This document shows, in pieces, positions 1-9,974 of a stretch of DNA of 64,000 nucleotides. How positions within the stretch are numbered: position 1 is the stretch's first letter; each line of letters opens with the position of its first letter. Both the position numbers and the translations under genes were made by a program. Source of the stretch: a virus (taxonomy: Duplodnaviria > Caudoviricetes). The DNA is taken from IMG/VR virus record IMGVR_UViG_3300028864_000017, one strand, 5' to 3'. The notes below the pieces were generated by a model that saw only the letters and a list, made by a program, of their open reading frames with translations, did no database searches and was not told where the DNA came from.

Positions 1-737
1 GTATCAGCGTTAACCATAGTTTTTATAGCATGATTTTCAAATGTGAATTCAACTGGCTGTTCATCATATAGATATGTTTGATTTTCATCTATATCAGTTA
101 ATAATTCAAATTCATCCAATCGTAATCCTTTTTCAAATGCCTTCAATTTTGAACTATCAACATAATCTTTACTATTTATTATTTCTTTTATTTTTGAATT
201 ATAATTTTCGTCATTTTTTCTTTCAAAAAATGAAATAATACTAGGTTTTCCTCCTAATCCTTTTTTTTCTAATTTAACTGGGTATTCATTATAGAAAAAC
301 AAGTCTCCTACTTCAGAATCATCCAATCGTTTTTGACAATCTGCTGTCTTATCATTAATAACTTCATTGATTCTTTCTTTATATTTAGTGTATTTTGAAT
401 TTTTTTGTTTCACATAAAGAATCTTTAGTGTATTACCAGAAAAATTTAATTCATTTTCTGTTATTATTTTATTTGTCCAAAAATCATGAATTTCTTTTAT
501 TATTTCCTCACCTTTTATATTATCAAAACTTGAACTTACAGTATCTGGTGTATCATCATTTTTTTTTGTTTCATCAGGTGATTGTTCATCTGTTTTTTCT
601 TCACCTGACTCATCTGGTTTGATTGTATTAGTGGAAGTTGTATTATTAGATGTATCTTCTTTTTTTGTGACACTAGGAGCAATTACTGTTGATGTTTCTG
701 CTTCATTTAACATGAAATCTGAATACGTTTTTTTCAT
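1..737 (-). CDS. Hypothetical protein, partial (runs off the window start); low-complexity acidic N-terminus
   Basis: Manual translation from ATG at 737: MKKTYSDFMLNEAETSTVIAPSV..., open to position 1; absent from the ORF track. Confidence 0.8.
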   Translation of the reverse strand, partial: MKKTYSDFMLNEAETSTVIAPSVTKKEDTSNNTTSTNTIKPDESGEEKTDEQSPDETKKNDDTPDTVSSSFDNIKGEEIIKEIHDFWTNKIITENELNFSGNTLKILYVKQKNSKYTKYKERINEVINDKTADCQKRLDDSEVGDLFFYNEYPVKLEKKGLGGKPSIISFFERKNDENYNSKIKEIINSKDYVDSSKLKAFEKGLRLDEFELLTDIDENQTYLYDEQPVEFTFENHAIKTMVNAD

Positions 738-757
738 TTTATGTTTTATATTTTTAT

Positions 758-2707
758 TTAAAATTTAGATGCAATTTTTTTCAAATTATCTAATACTACT
801 TTATTATCCCAAAAATTAGGATTACTTTCCTCATCTTTAAATGCACTAAATTTTTTATCATTGGAATCTGATATTAAATTTAATGCTTTCCACCAAAACT
901 TAACTCTATCAATTTTACGACAGCTCTTAATATTTATTTTATCTTTTTGATAATTACTAGCTATTACACCATCAAATGAATTACTAGGATTACTTAGATC
1001 TAAATCAGCTATGAATTTTTCACCTGATGGCTCGCACAAAAATAATTTATTTGTCTTATTATCGGAGCTAATATAATTATTAAAAACTAAAAAACTATTA
1101 CTTTGTCCATTAGTATTTGCACTTGTACCTGATGGTAAGCTTGCACCTTTCTTTAGCATAAAATATACATTAACGACATCATCTTTTTTAAGAGTCACAT
1201 TTGCAAAATTAGTAGATGAAAATATATTTTGAAATTCTTTAAAATTTGATGTAACTATATTATTTTCAATTTTCTTTATTGTCTGAGTGATCATAAACAT
1301 ATAGAAGCCATTTGATGGCGCTGAACTAATTGGTGCAATTGTAGAATTATAATTTATTCCTTGATAATCAAATATACAATATTGCCAATTTCCTTCCAAA
1401 CCACCAATCTTAGTTTCATATTGATTTAATGAATCACCAAGTTGATCACCAATCTCTAATGATTCAGTGTCACTTCCAAGTTTTTTTACTTCTTTATTTG
1501 CTTTTAATGTAGATCCTGATAAATTTACAGTTGATCCATAGTTACCTTCTCTTATATCAACAATTGGTATGTCCATAAGCAAAGAAAAACTTGCATATAC
1601 TTTTGATAATTCTTTATCCCATCTCAATTTCAATTTTTGTTTTTCAACATCTTGACCTTGATTTTCTGGGACAAATAATTCTTTTGCAGTAAGTTGAATA
1701 ACTTTCAAGCTTTCTGAATTTACATTTGATGCAACTTCTTTCATAACATCAGTTTTTCTATTAATTGTTTTTTCTATTTCTGCTAAATTTATATCTGATA
1801 TTGGAAGAGAAAAATCTTCTTCTCGTTCTTTATATTTATCTTGATCTCTTTTAGTTATTATACTTTTAACACTAACCCAACTCTTGACTCCTGATTTTGG
1901 TCTGATAGTTGGTGAATTTGATCCTAATCCTATTTTACCTGCGCTTGAATCTGTCTTAAGTTGAGCTAATGCTTCATTTGTAGATGTTGCTTCTGATGCA
2001 CCTTTACTTTTAGATTCTTTTTCTTTTAATTTTCTAACTATCTCATAATTAACATATATAGCTTTTATCATATCAAGTTTCTTTTTAGCATCTTCGTCAC
2101 CTTCATCTGCGTTTTTCTTAATTTCATCAAAATATTGAATATTTTTTTTCAAAAATTCGTATGTCTCAGATTCCATTCTATCATATTCTTCTTTATCTAC
2201 AACTTCTTTTACATCATTAATATTTTTTATTATAGGTCTATCATTATCTGTTTTTATTCCTGATTTTTTAATCAATTCTTCAACATCTTCACCTTCTGTG
2301 CCATTCATCATCCTATTAAATAAATCTTCTCCAATATCTTTTTTAATTGCTTCAAAATTAACATCATTTTTATTTTCAGATGAATCAGAATTAGTATTTT
2401 CTTCTCCTCCTTCAATTTTACCTGATTGCAAATTAATTTTTTTAATAAAACAATATATTATAACTCCACGTACCAATTCATTTATTAATTTTGCAATCAA
2501 TCTATTAATTATGAAATTTTCTTTACCCTTTCTCCATAGCCAACTCAAACCTTTGAATAAACCATTCATCAATTTTCCTAAATATGTATCTTTCAAATCA
2601 GCATTATTAGCAAATCCATCTCTAGCTCCAACTCCACCTTGAGTACCGCCAAATATTTCATTCATTTTAATAAAATCTTTACGACTTTGAATATTTTTAA
2701 ATTCCAT
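758..2707 (-). CDS. Hypothetical protein, possibly virion-associated (649 aa)
   Basis: Long ORF; N-terminal ...KDFIKMNE resembles the N-terminal motif seen on other putative virion proteins here. Confidence 0.6.
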   Translation of the reverse strand: MEFKNIQSRKDFIKMNEIFGGTQGGVGARDGFANNADLKDTYLGKLMNGLFKGLSWLWRKGKENFIINRLIAKLINELVRGVIIYCFIKKINLQSGKIEGGEENTNSDSSENKNDVNFEAIKKDIGEDLFNRMMNGTEGEDVEELIKKSGIKTDNDRPIIKNINDVKEVVDKEEYDRMESETYEFLKKNIQYFDEIKKNADEGDEDAKKKLDMIKAIYVNYEIVRKLKEKESKSKGASEATSTNEALAQLKTDSSAGKIGLGSNSPTIRPKSGVKSWVSVKSIITKRDQDKYKEREEDFSLPISDINLAEIEKTINRKTDVMKEVASNVNSESLKVIQLTAKELFVPENQGQDVEKQKLKLRWDKELSKVYASFSLLMDIPIVDIREGNYGSTVNLSGSTLKANKEVKKLGSDTESLEIGDQLGDSLNQYETKIGGLEGNWQYCIFDYQGINYNSTIAPISSAPSNGFYMFMITQTIKKIENNIVTSNFKEFQNIFSSTNFANVTLKKDDVVNVYFMLKKGASLPSGTSANTNGQSNSFLVFNNYISSDNKTNKLFLCEPSGEKFIADLDLSNPSNSFDGVIASNYQKDKINIKSCRKIDRVKFWWKALNLISDSNDKKFSAFKDEESNPNFWDNKVVLDNLKKIASKF

Positions 2708-2712
2708 TTATT

Positions 2713-3201
2713 TTATATTAATTTTTTAATTTTTAGACCATTATATGAATATTTTTTACCAAATAATACAAAATAATCATTTTCAAATTTAACAGGGCAA
2801 TCTTTAGATTTATCTATACTTGAATCATAAATAATAACATCATTGATGCTTAATGAATAATTTTTTAATTCATTTATAAAAGATCCATATAATTCTTTAT
2901 TAGATTTCATAATAGTATATTTTTTTTCAGGTTTTACTACTGATGATTCAATATTTTCTATTTTTTTCACTTCTGAGATTTTTTCGTTTTTTTTATTTTC
3001 ACTTTTTTTATTAAGTGATTTAGATGGAATATCTTGAATTAATTCATCATTAATATGCTTCTTAATTGATGATTCTGAAGGAGAATCAGTTATTAGCTCA
3101 GCAGAATCATCTTTAAATTGATATTTTTCAACAATATCAAATTTTTTATTATTATTGATATTTTTATTATTTTCTTGATTATTATCTAATTCTTCTGACA
3201 T
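2713..3201 (-). CDS. Hypothetical protein
   Basis: ORF packed in operon with neighbours. Confidence 0.7.
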   Translation of the reverse strand: MSEELDNNQENNKNINNNKKFDIVEKYQFKDDSAELITDSPSESSIKKHINDELIQDIPSKSLNKKSENKKNEKISEVKKIENIESSVVKPEKKYTIMKSNKELYGSFINELKNYSLSINDVIIYDSSIDKSKDCPVKFENDYFVLFGKKYSYNGLKIKKLI

Positions 3202-3290
3202 AAATATTCTTTTTATCTTTATATATTAATATTAATTATTCCTTTAAATATATATTAAAATAATAAATCTAAAAATTTATATATAACATT

Positions 3291-4058
3291 ATGAAAGTAT
3301 TAAAATATAGTAGATATTCATTTTTAAAGGAAGCAAATCTTATAACAGAAGATTCTGAATTTCAACAATTTCAATTCGGAATCGAACCAATGGGTACAGC
3401 TGGAGGGGGAGGAGACTTTGCATTTGCTATGGATCCAGGTGCTTCATATTATAATTATCAAGACAGTCCTTACACTGATTTTTATGCAAGACAATCTGGA
3501 TTAGTATCGAATTTAGATAGAGTAATAAAAAGCTTACGTGGTCAAAATAATTTAATTTATAAAGATAGTAATCCTTTTTTAGAAGATATCGAATTATACG
3601 ATAATATCAAAATTTTAAGAATATATGAAAATAATAGTTTAAAATTAGATGTGTTTATATCATTTGAATTTGATAAAGAAGAATACTTTGGAGTGTTCAG
3701 AAACTATAATGGATTAATAAGGCCAACACTTGAATCTGAAGTATATTTTGATCCAGAATACTTATATAGATTTGATAGTGAGTATAAACTAAAATTAAGT
3801 AATTATTTTTATAAGAAATTGGAAAAATGGTTCATTCCAGATCAAGGTTTTTATAAAAATATGAAAAATGAAACTAAAGTAAAAAATAATATTGGTAAAT
3901 TATACGAAATAAATGAAAATAAAGTAGTTGAGATTTTAGGATATAATATCAATAGTAATAACAAGCCATATATTATAATGAAAGTAAATGAAGATACTTA
4001 TCATATAGAAAACAATGACTATTATTACTTTAAATGGAGATTTGAGAAATTGAAATAA
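3291..4058 (+). CDS. Hypothetical protein
   Basis: 255-aa ORF followed by a terminator. Confidence 0.75.
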   Translation: MKVLKYSRYSFLKEANLITEDSEFQQFQFGIEPMGTAGGGGDFAFAMDPGASYYNYQDSPYTDFYARQSGLVSNLDRVIKSLRGQNNLIYKDSNPFLEDIELYDNIKILRIYENNSLKLDVFISFEFDKEEYFGVFRNYNGLIRPTLESEVYFDPEYLYRFDSEYKLKLSNYFYKKLEKWFIPDQGFYKNMKNETKVKNNIGKLYEINENKVVEILGYNINSNNKPYIIMKVNEDTYHIENNDYYYFKWRFEKLK

Positions 4059-4092
4059 ATAAAAAGAGATTCAAATGAATCTCTTTTTATTT
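4058..4092. terminator. Bidirectional intrinsic terminator
   Basis: AAAAAGAGATTC-AAAT-GAATCTCTTTTT between convergent genes. Confidence 0.85.
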
Positions 4093-4768
4093 ATTCTATA
4101 ATAGTGTCTTTATAAATCACATAAATATCTACTAACAAATTTCTCAAATTATCTGATGAATTATCCATATCAAATTTCATTTTCTTTAATTTAATTATTA
4201 TTTCACATATTTCACGTTTTGTATATTTAAAATACTCTTTTGTATGATAATTATGATTCATATTAAATAATTCCTTTACATCTTCTGCAGTTTCTTTAAT
4301 TATAGACACTATACAATTATCAGATTTAGTTTCAGAATTAATCGAATTAAACAAACTTTTTCTATAAAGTTCATTAGTAGGAACACAATTAATATCTCCT
4401 ACTTCATCTGGATTTAATGTTTTAACTTTACTAAATACTTCTTCTAATACTTTATTACTACGACCAAAAAATTCATCTGGATCAACACCATCAACTGGCA
4501 TAAACAAATCATAAAATAGTCCTCTTTGAATTTTATCTCCATTACTCAAATTACACATTTTATCATTTTGAGATAGAATTGTTACAATATATGCATCATT
4601 TGTTTTTAATCTATAATCTTCTCCGACTATTTCTAAATTATTTTCTTTTAAATATTTTTTAATAGCATCTTCAAAAAAAGAACTTTTATTAATATTTTTC
4701 TCTGTCGCTAATGTATCAAAAGCATTATACAACGTTTCATCAATTGAATAAGTTTTTATTGTTTTCAT
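4091..4768 (-). CDS. Ribbon-helix-helix (CopG/Arc-like) DNA-binding protein with unknown C-terminal domain
   Basis: MKTIKTYSIDETLYNAFDTLATEKNINKSSFFEDAIKKYL fits the RHH beta-strand/helix/helix pattern; likely start 4768. Confidence 0.7.
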   Translation of the reverse strand: MKTIKTYSIDETLYNAFDTLATEKNINKSSFFEDAIKKYLKENNLEIVGEDYRLKTNDAYIVTILSQNDKMCNLSNGDKIQRGLFYDLFMPVDGVDPDEFFGRSNKVLEEVFSKVKTLNPDEVGDINCVPTNELYRKSLFNSINSETKSDNCIVSIIKETAEDVKELFNMNHNYHTKEYFKYTKREICEIIIKLKKMKFDMDNSSDNLRNLLVDIYVIYKDTIIE

Positions 4769-4814
4769 GTTTTTAGTTGTTTTTAGTTTATATATAAATA
4801 TTTTATTGTTCAAA

Positions 4815-4848
4815 TTAATATTATTAATAATATTATTAATAATATTAA
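4815..4848. promoter_or_regulatory. Perfect 34-bp palindrome, candidate operator
   Basis: TTAATATTATTAATAATATTATTAATAATATTAA equals its reverse complement; lies between divergent RHH and gp46 genes. Confidence 0.5.
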
Positions 4849-4894
4849 CATTTTTTATAGAAAACTTTTTTATTATAGTATTATATAATTATAT

Positions 4895-6637
4895 ATGATA
4901 ATTAAATCCATATCTCTTAGAAATTTCAAATCATTTGGAAACAACACACAATCAGTAAAATTTGAAGATAATTCATCTGATTTAATATTATTAACAGCAG
5001 ATAACGGTGGTGGTAAGTCATCTTTTCAACAATCATTTGATTTTTCGCTATTTGGTATTGTAAGAGGAAAAAGCGGAAAAAGAGTTCCACAAGCAATATT
5101 ATCCAATAGAATTAATAAGAATTTAGAAACTGAAATACATTTTGTCAATAATATGTCTGATAACATCAGAATTCAGAGATGTTTGGAGCCAAATCATGCA
5201 AAAGTTTTTATTAATGACGTAGATGAAACAAGGAAATTTAAAAATTTAAAAAAAGAAGATAGAGATAAATTAATAGGATTTGATTATGATACATACAAGA
5301 GTTTTATATCTATGTCAGTATCTGATTTTGCAAATTTCATAGACTTAAATCCTGAGGAAAAAAGAAGTATAATAAATAGATTATTCAATTTACAAGACTT
5401 AGATGAATATCTATCGTTAAGTAACGGATTAATTAGGCAAAACAAAGAAGAAGAATTAAAATTATCATCTATAATAGAAACTAATAATCAAACGATTATA
5501 ACACTGAGTAAAAATATTGAAAATATAAAAAAAAGTGGAATATTAGATAAGGAGAAAGAAAAAGAAAAATTAGAGATAGAAAAAAATTCTAAAAGAGAAC
5601 CATATATAAATTCTAAAAAAGAAATGCTATCATATGCAGAAAAATTTAAAAAATTAGAGATAGAAAGGCAGGATTTTGAGAATCAAAGAAATATAATATC
5701 TAATAATATCATTGAAATAAAATTTGAAATAAAAAATATAGAGGAGAAACTTGAGATATATGAATCTGGAACTTGTCCATTATGTAGTACTAATTTGAGT
5801 GATGAAAATCATAAGCATGACTTGAGTAAAATTAATTCTAAATTTATAATTGAAAAAGAAAAATTCAAAAAACTAAATTTAGAAAAAAATGAATTGACAT
5901 TAAAATTGACTCAGATTTCAAACAATAGAGATTCATTATACAAAAAGAAAAATATAACAAGTTTAGTATATAACAATTTGATTTCTGACTTAAAAATAAT
6001 AACTAAAAAAATATCAGATTTAATAGAAATAACTGAACATGTATCAATTTCAGAATTAGAAAAAAACATTATAGAACTTAAAAATAATAATATCAAAAAT
6101 AACGAAAAAATATTAGAAATAAAAGGAAAAAATCAGGTGTATGAAGAATTAAAAATAGTTTTTTCTACTAATGGAGTTAGAAAAAGTATTGTTAAAAATA
6201 TAGTAAAACCTATAAATGTTTATTTAAAAGAAATTTTAGATGACATGAAATCTACATATAGTGTAAAAATAGATGAAAATTTTAATGTCAAAATATATGA
6301 AAGATTAACTACTGAGATACATTCAGAAAGTTTATCAATGGGTGAATCAAAGAAAATAAATATTGGTATAGCTCTATCTTATTTAAAATTAATATTAAAA
6401 TTTAGAAAACTTAATATTTTATTTTTAGATGAAGTATTTTCAAGTATGGGTCCAGTAAATGTTGAATTTGCTTTGAAAGTTCTTAAAGATTTCACTAAGG
6501 AATTTAATCTTAATATAATTATATTGGATCCAAAAGTATATTTCACTGAAAGTTCTCCAATGAGTAGTTATTTTGATAGAATATTAAAAATAAACAAAAA
6601 AATGTCATTCTCAGTAATAAATGAAGAAAATTTATAA
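4895..6637 (+). CDS. SMC-like recombination ATPase (T4 gp46 / SbcC / Rad50 family)
   Basis: Walker A DNGGGKSS, coiled coils, zinc hook CPLC, signature LSMGE, Walker B LFLDE. Confidence 0.93.
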   Translation: MIIKSISLRNFKSFGNNTQSVKFEDNSSDLILLTADNGGGKSSFQQSFDFSLFGIVRGKSGKRVPQAILSNRINKNLETEIHFVNNMSDNIRIQRCLEPNHAKVFINDVDETRKFKNLKKEDRDKLIGFDYDTYKSFISMSVSDFANFIDLNPEEKRSIINRLFNLQDLDEYLSLSNGLIRQNKEEELKLSSIIETNNQTIITLSKNIENIKKSGILDKEKEKEKLEIEKNSKREPYINSKKEMLSYAEKFKKLEIERQDFENQRNIISNNIIEIKFEIKNIEEKLEIYESGTCPLCSTNLSDENHKHDLSKINSKFIIEKEKFKKLNLEKNELTLKLTQISNNRDSLYKKKNITSLVYNNLISDLKIITKKISDLIEITEHVSISELEKNIIELKNNNIKNNEKILEIKGKNQVYEELKIVFSTNGVRKSIVKNIVKPINVYLKEILDDMKSTYSVKIDENFNVKIYERLTTEIHSESLSMGESKKINIGIALSYLKLILKFRKLNILFLDEVFSSMGPVNVEFALKVLKDFTKEFNLNIIILDPKVYFTESSPMSSYFDRILKINKKMSFSVINEENL

Positions 6638-6995
6638 AATAGTAGAAAACCGAATAAATTATTTAGTAATAGAAGAAGATGGTTGTTCTAATTGGGAAAA
6701 TATCATTGAACACAATTTTTGGTATAAAATTCCTAAAAAATACAAAAAATATAAAGATATTAAATTTATAATAAATAATAAACACAATAATCTTGATATA
6801 ATAATTGCATATTATCGCAATAGAAAAGAGCATAATATTTACGGTTCATCATGTATATCTAGAAAACCTTCTACTGGTTGGTATTATAATAACTGGTGTA
6901 TTTATGGTAAAGAATATTTTGATATGAATGAATGGAGCAAAAAAAGCAATTCAATAATCAGGAATAAAAAAATACAAGTATTAAATAGAATTTAA
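6621..6995 (+). CDS. Hypothetical protein with C-terminal RxxK[LI] tag
   Basis: Ends IIRNKKIQVLNRI. Confidence 0.7.
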   Translation: MKKIYKIVENRINYLVIEEDGCSNWENIIEHNFWYKIPKKYKKYKDIKFIINNKHNNLDIIIAYYRNRKEHNIYGSSCISRKPSTGWYYNNWCIYGKEYFDMNEWSKKSNSIIRNKKIQVLNRI

Positions 6996-7643
6996 ACTAT
7001 TTAATGCTTGTATTTTCTGTTTTCTAATATATGATTCATCATAATAATCCAATAAATAACAAGATTTATAACTCAAGTCTTTTAATACATCAGAATTTAG
7101 ATTGGAGTCGATTGAATCAAATATAGATTTAGTATTTTTATCATATGGAAATATATTTATATAAAAATCATTATTACAATCTGCAGTCTTGATTAAATCT
7201 ATATTATAAAAAAAAGTAAAAACTAATTTACACTTTATAATACTATAATATGAATTAAATTCTAAAAATTTATTAACATCCTTATACACACCCATATAAC
7301 CATCATATACTATCAATTCTGGTTTATATTTTAATAATATTGTTGGTATATCATCTTTTATTGATAAAAATATTAATTTGTTATTATTTATAAAATTAAT
7401 ATCATTTTTTTTATATCTAACAACAACATTATCTATATCTGTTTGTATTCTTGATATCGAATTACTAAAATAACTTTTCAAATCAGTAATAAATAACATT
7501 ATCTTATTATTATTATTTAAAACAAAATTTTCTATAATTTTATTTATTAATAAACTCTTTCCTGTTTGTCTTGGCCATATTATTATAGATTTATCATATT
7601 CAATAATTTTATTGAATGCGCATTTTTGATAATCTCTTAGCAT
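6981..7643 (-). CDS. Truncated terminase-ATPase-like P-loop protein
   Basis: MLRDYQK...WPRQTGKS matches the TerL N-terminal motifs in this window; no clear Walker B DE and no nuclease domain. Confidence 0.6.
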   Translation of the reverse strand: MLRDYQKCAFNKIIEYDKSIIIWPRQTGKSLLINKIIENFVLNNNNKIMLFITDLKSYFSNSISRIQTDIDNVVVRYKKNDINFINNNKLIFLSIKDDIPTILLKYKPELIVYDGYMGVYKDVNKFLEFNSYYSIIKCKLVFTFFYNIDLIKTADCNNDFYINIFPYDKNTKSIFDSIDSNLNSDVLKDLSYKSCYLLDYYDESYIRKQKIQALNSLNSI

Positions 7644-7852
7644 TAACGTCTAACTTGTTTTTTATTAGCAGAATAAAATTGTTGGGGTGGTCTTTGAATT
7701 ATTTTTTTCTTTTTATTTAAAATTGTTGGATTAATAAGGCTTGAACATATAATAGCTAACGCAAATATAATTGTCACTTCAAATCCAAATGTTTTATAAG
7801 TAGAAAATAATATTACGTTGAAAAAAAGTGATATAATAAGGAATTTCCACAT
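7643..7852 (-). CDS. Small membrane protein
   Basis: Two hydrophobic stretches and a basic tail. Confidence 0.6.
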   Translation of the reverse strand: MWKFLIISLFFNVILFSTYKTFGFEVTIIFALAIICSSLINPTILNKKKKIIQRPPQQFYSANKKQVRR

Positions 7853-7984
7853 AAAAAATAGTCTTTTTCTTATAATATAAGAAAAAAGACTATTAGTTTA
7901 TTTTTAATTAATAACATTTTAGTCCAATGCCATATTTTTATTTTTTGCGATAAAAACAAAAAATTTAAAGGTTACTATATCAAA

Positions 7985-8488
7985 TCATGCATACTTGATA
8001 ATCTTTCTATTTAATTTTTTATTACCAACTTCATAAACTTTATTAGTCAAAGAGTAACACTCTGGTCCTAAACCTCTTAATAAACTATCTGGTGTGGTGA
8101 GCGTCCGACCGCACCTTCCACAAATTCCTTTGTGATATATTACCATATCTTTATGAGTTTTATTCATCATCAGTAAGTTAAAGAAAAATGTGAATGCTTT
8201 GTAAGATAATGCATCTGTACCAATTTTAGATTTTTGAGTTAATTTAAACCTCAATGTAATATAATTAAAAATAGCACCCATATAAGTATATGCGCCTTCA
8301 TTATCGCTTCCTGTAAGTACATATACAAATAATGGTGATTTTTCATCATCATCTTTCATTTTTCTGACTTTATAAGTAAACCAATTACCAGTCACTTTGC
8401 TTTCTAATGTTAAAATTGCATTACCTCCAACTATGAAATTTTTAATGTCTTCGACATTTTCAAACTGATAAAGAGTTTCTTTTTTCAT
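7985..8488 (-). CDS. DUF6011-like zinc-finger protein
   Basis: C-terminal CGRCGRTLTTPDSLLRGLGPEC; likely start MKKETL at 8488. Confidence 0.7.
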   Translation of the reverse strand: MKKETLYQFENVEDIKNFIVGGNAILTLESKVTGNWFTYKVRKMKDDDEKSPLFVYVLTGSDNEGAYTYMGAIFNYITLRFKLTQKSKIGTDALSYKAFTFFFNLLMMNKTHKDMVIYHKGICGRCGRTLTTPDSLLRGLGPECYSLTNKVYEVGNKKLNRKIIKYA

Positions 8489-8510
8489 ATCTTTGTTTTT
8501 AATTATAGTA

Positions 8511-8518
8511 CAAAGATA
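8511..8518 (-). promoter_or_regulatory. Bacteroidota sigma-A -7 element
   Basis: TATCTTTG on the minus strand upstream of 8488. Confidence 0.65.
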
Positions 8519-8593
8519 CAACATTTTAGACTAATAAAAAATCCTTGATACATATATTATCAAGGATTATAAATATTTAATATATTTTAATAT

Positions 8594-9241
8594 TTAAATC
8601 AATTCTACTACTTGTGAAACAACATCTGATAGCACTTCTTCCTCATTATCTGATATGATATAATCATCTGAATATGTAGCATAAAAAAAGCCTAAGCAAT
8701 CTGATTCAGCATATTCTAAATCTTCATAATTCTTTTTTAAGTATATTTTATATATATCTCTTTCTTTTATAATACTATATATAGATTTGTTATATTTAAT
8801 TGATTTAATATCATCAATAAATATATAATTTAAATTGTCATCACTTTTTAAAATAGATGATGATATTATATTGGCAGTAACGGTTAAATCATCTAATAAA
8901 AAATTATCAATAACTACACCAGAATTATTAATTGTAAACAATAAATCTAATGATATATAATCGTTTTTATAATTATATTTAAAAAAACTCATATAATTAA
9001 ATTGTGAATTGTATGATGACTCATTACCGTTATAATCTTTGCCATTAGAAAACATATCACTAGTTTCTTTTAATATTTTCATATAATTCAAATCTTCATG
9101 ATTTGATAATTTTTCAATATTTTTTGATAAAATTTCGATTATTGAACTATATTTTTTTTTGTTAGCATTATGATTTTTTCTAATAATAATAAATACAACA
9201 ATAACTAAAGTAATAAATACACAGATAACTATTTCATTCAT
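8594..9241 (-). CDS. Membrane-anchored hypothetical protein
   Basis: N-terminal transmembrane helix followed by basic residues. Confidence 0.65.
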   Translation of the reverse strand: MNEIVICVFITLVIVVFIIIRKNHNANKKKYSSIIEILSKNIEKLSNHEDLNYMKILKETSDMFSNGKDYNGNESSYNSQFNYMSFFKYNYKNDYISLDLLFTINNSGVVIDNFLLDDLTVTANIISSSILKSDDNLNYIFIDDIKSIKYNKSIYSIIKERDIYKIYLKKNYEDLEYAESDCLGFFYATYSDDYIISDNEEEVLSDVVSQVVELI

Positions 9242-9252
9242 ACTCTTATGAA

Positions 9253-9957
9253 TTATTTTTTATTTATTAACACCGCTATTTTTATGGCTGTTTCAGCAAA
9301 TTCAGAAAATTGTTCAGTTGTCAATTCTTTTGTGTGATTATAATATTCCATTGTTATTAATCCAATTGGAGTATTATCATAATCTTCTAAAATTGTTGAA
9401 TAGTAAGTTTTTATTCCTAATGATGTTAAATAATCTTTTAAAAATTGGTCTTTCAAATTAGATACTAATGGAATAAAAATTTCTTCTCTTGTTGCTAATA
9501 TTCGATTCCAAAGAGGATTTATACTCAATGGCATATTTTGCATCTCTTTTATCATTGGTTTAGTTTCTAATGATACTGCTTCGTATGTATTACTACATTT
9601 TTTAAATTCTATTCCTGCTAAATTTTTACCTCCATTATGAAATTCAAAAATTGATATTCTCTCACTATCAAATATTTGCAACAAATGGTACATTTGTATT
9701 TGTATTTTATTCGCATTTTCAGCAAAATTCATGAATTTTGCTGGTAAATCTGAATGGTCATCATTTGGCATTTTTTTCATCATATTATCCAATCTATTAT
9801 ATAATGAATCAATCTTATCTTCTTGTTCTTTTATTCTTTTTGCTGAACTATTTATCAACATATATGCAATTAGTATTATTATTAAAAAAACTGTAATTAT
9901 AAAACCATAATCTTGAAATATATTGACGATATTTACTGCTAGTATTGAATTTAACAT
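9253..9957 (-). CDS. TM plus GAF-like domain protein (T4 gp t holin-like candidate)
   Basis: Single TM, coiled coil, then ERISIFEFHNG...IGLITMEY in a GAF-like pattern. Confidence 0.4.
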   Translation of the reverse strand: MLNSILAVNIVNIFQDYGFIITVFLIIILIAYMLINSSAKRIKEQEDKIDSLYNRLDNMMKKMPNDDHSDLPAKFMNFAENANKIQIQMYHLLQIFDSERISIFEFHNGGKNLAGIEFKKCSNTYEAVSLETKPMIKEMQNMPLSINPLWNRILATREEIFIPLVSNLKDQFLKDYLTSLGIKTYYSTILEDYDNTPIGLITMEYYNHTKELTTEQFSEFAETAIKIAVLINKK

Positions 9958-9974
9958 TTTAATTTATTTGTTTT

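Noticed and set aside
7858-7893. Long inverted repeat as a mobile-element end
   Set aside because: A single hairpin between co-oriented genes with no transposase or second copy; most simply a terminator.
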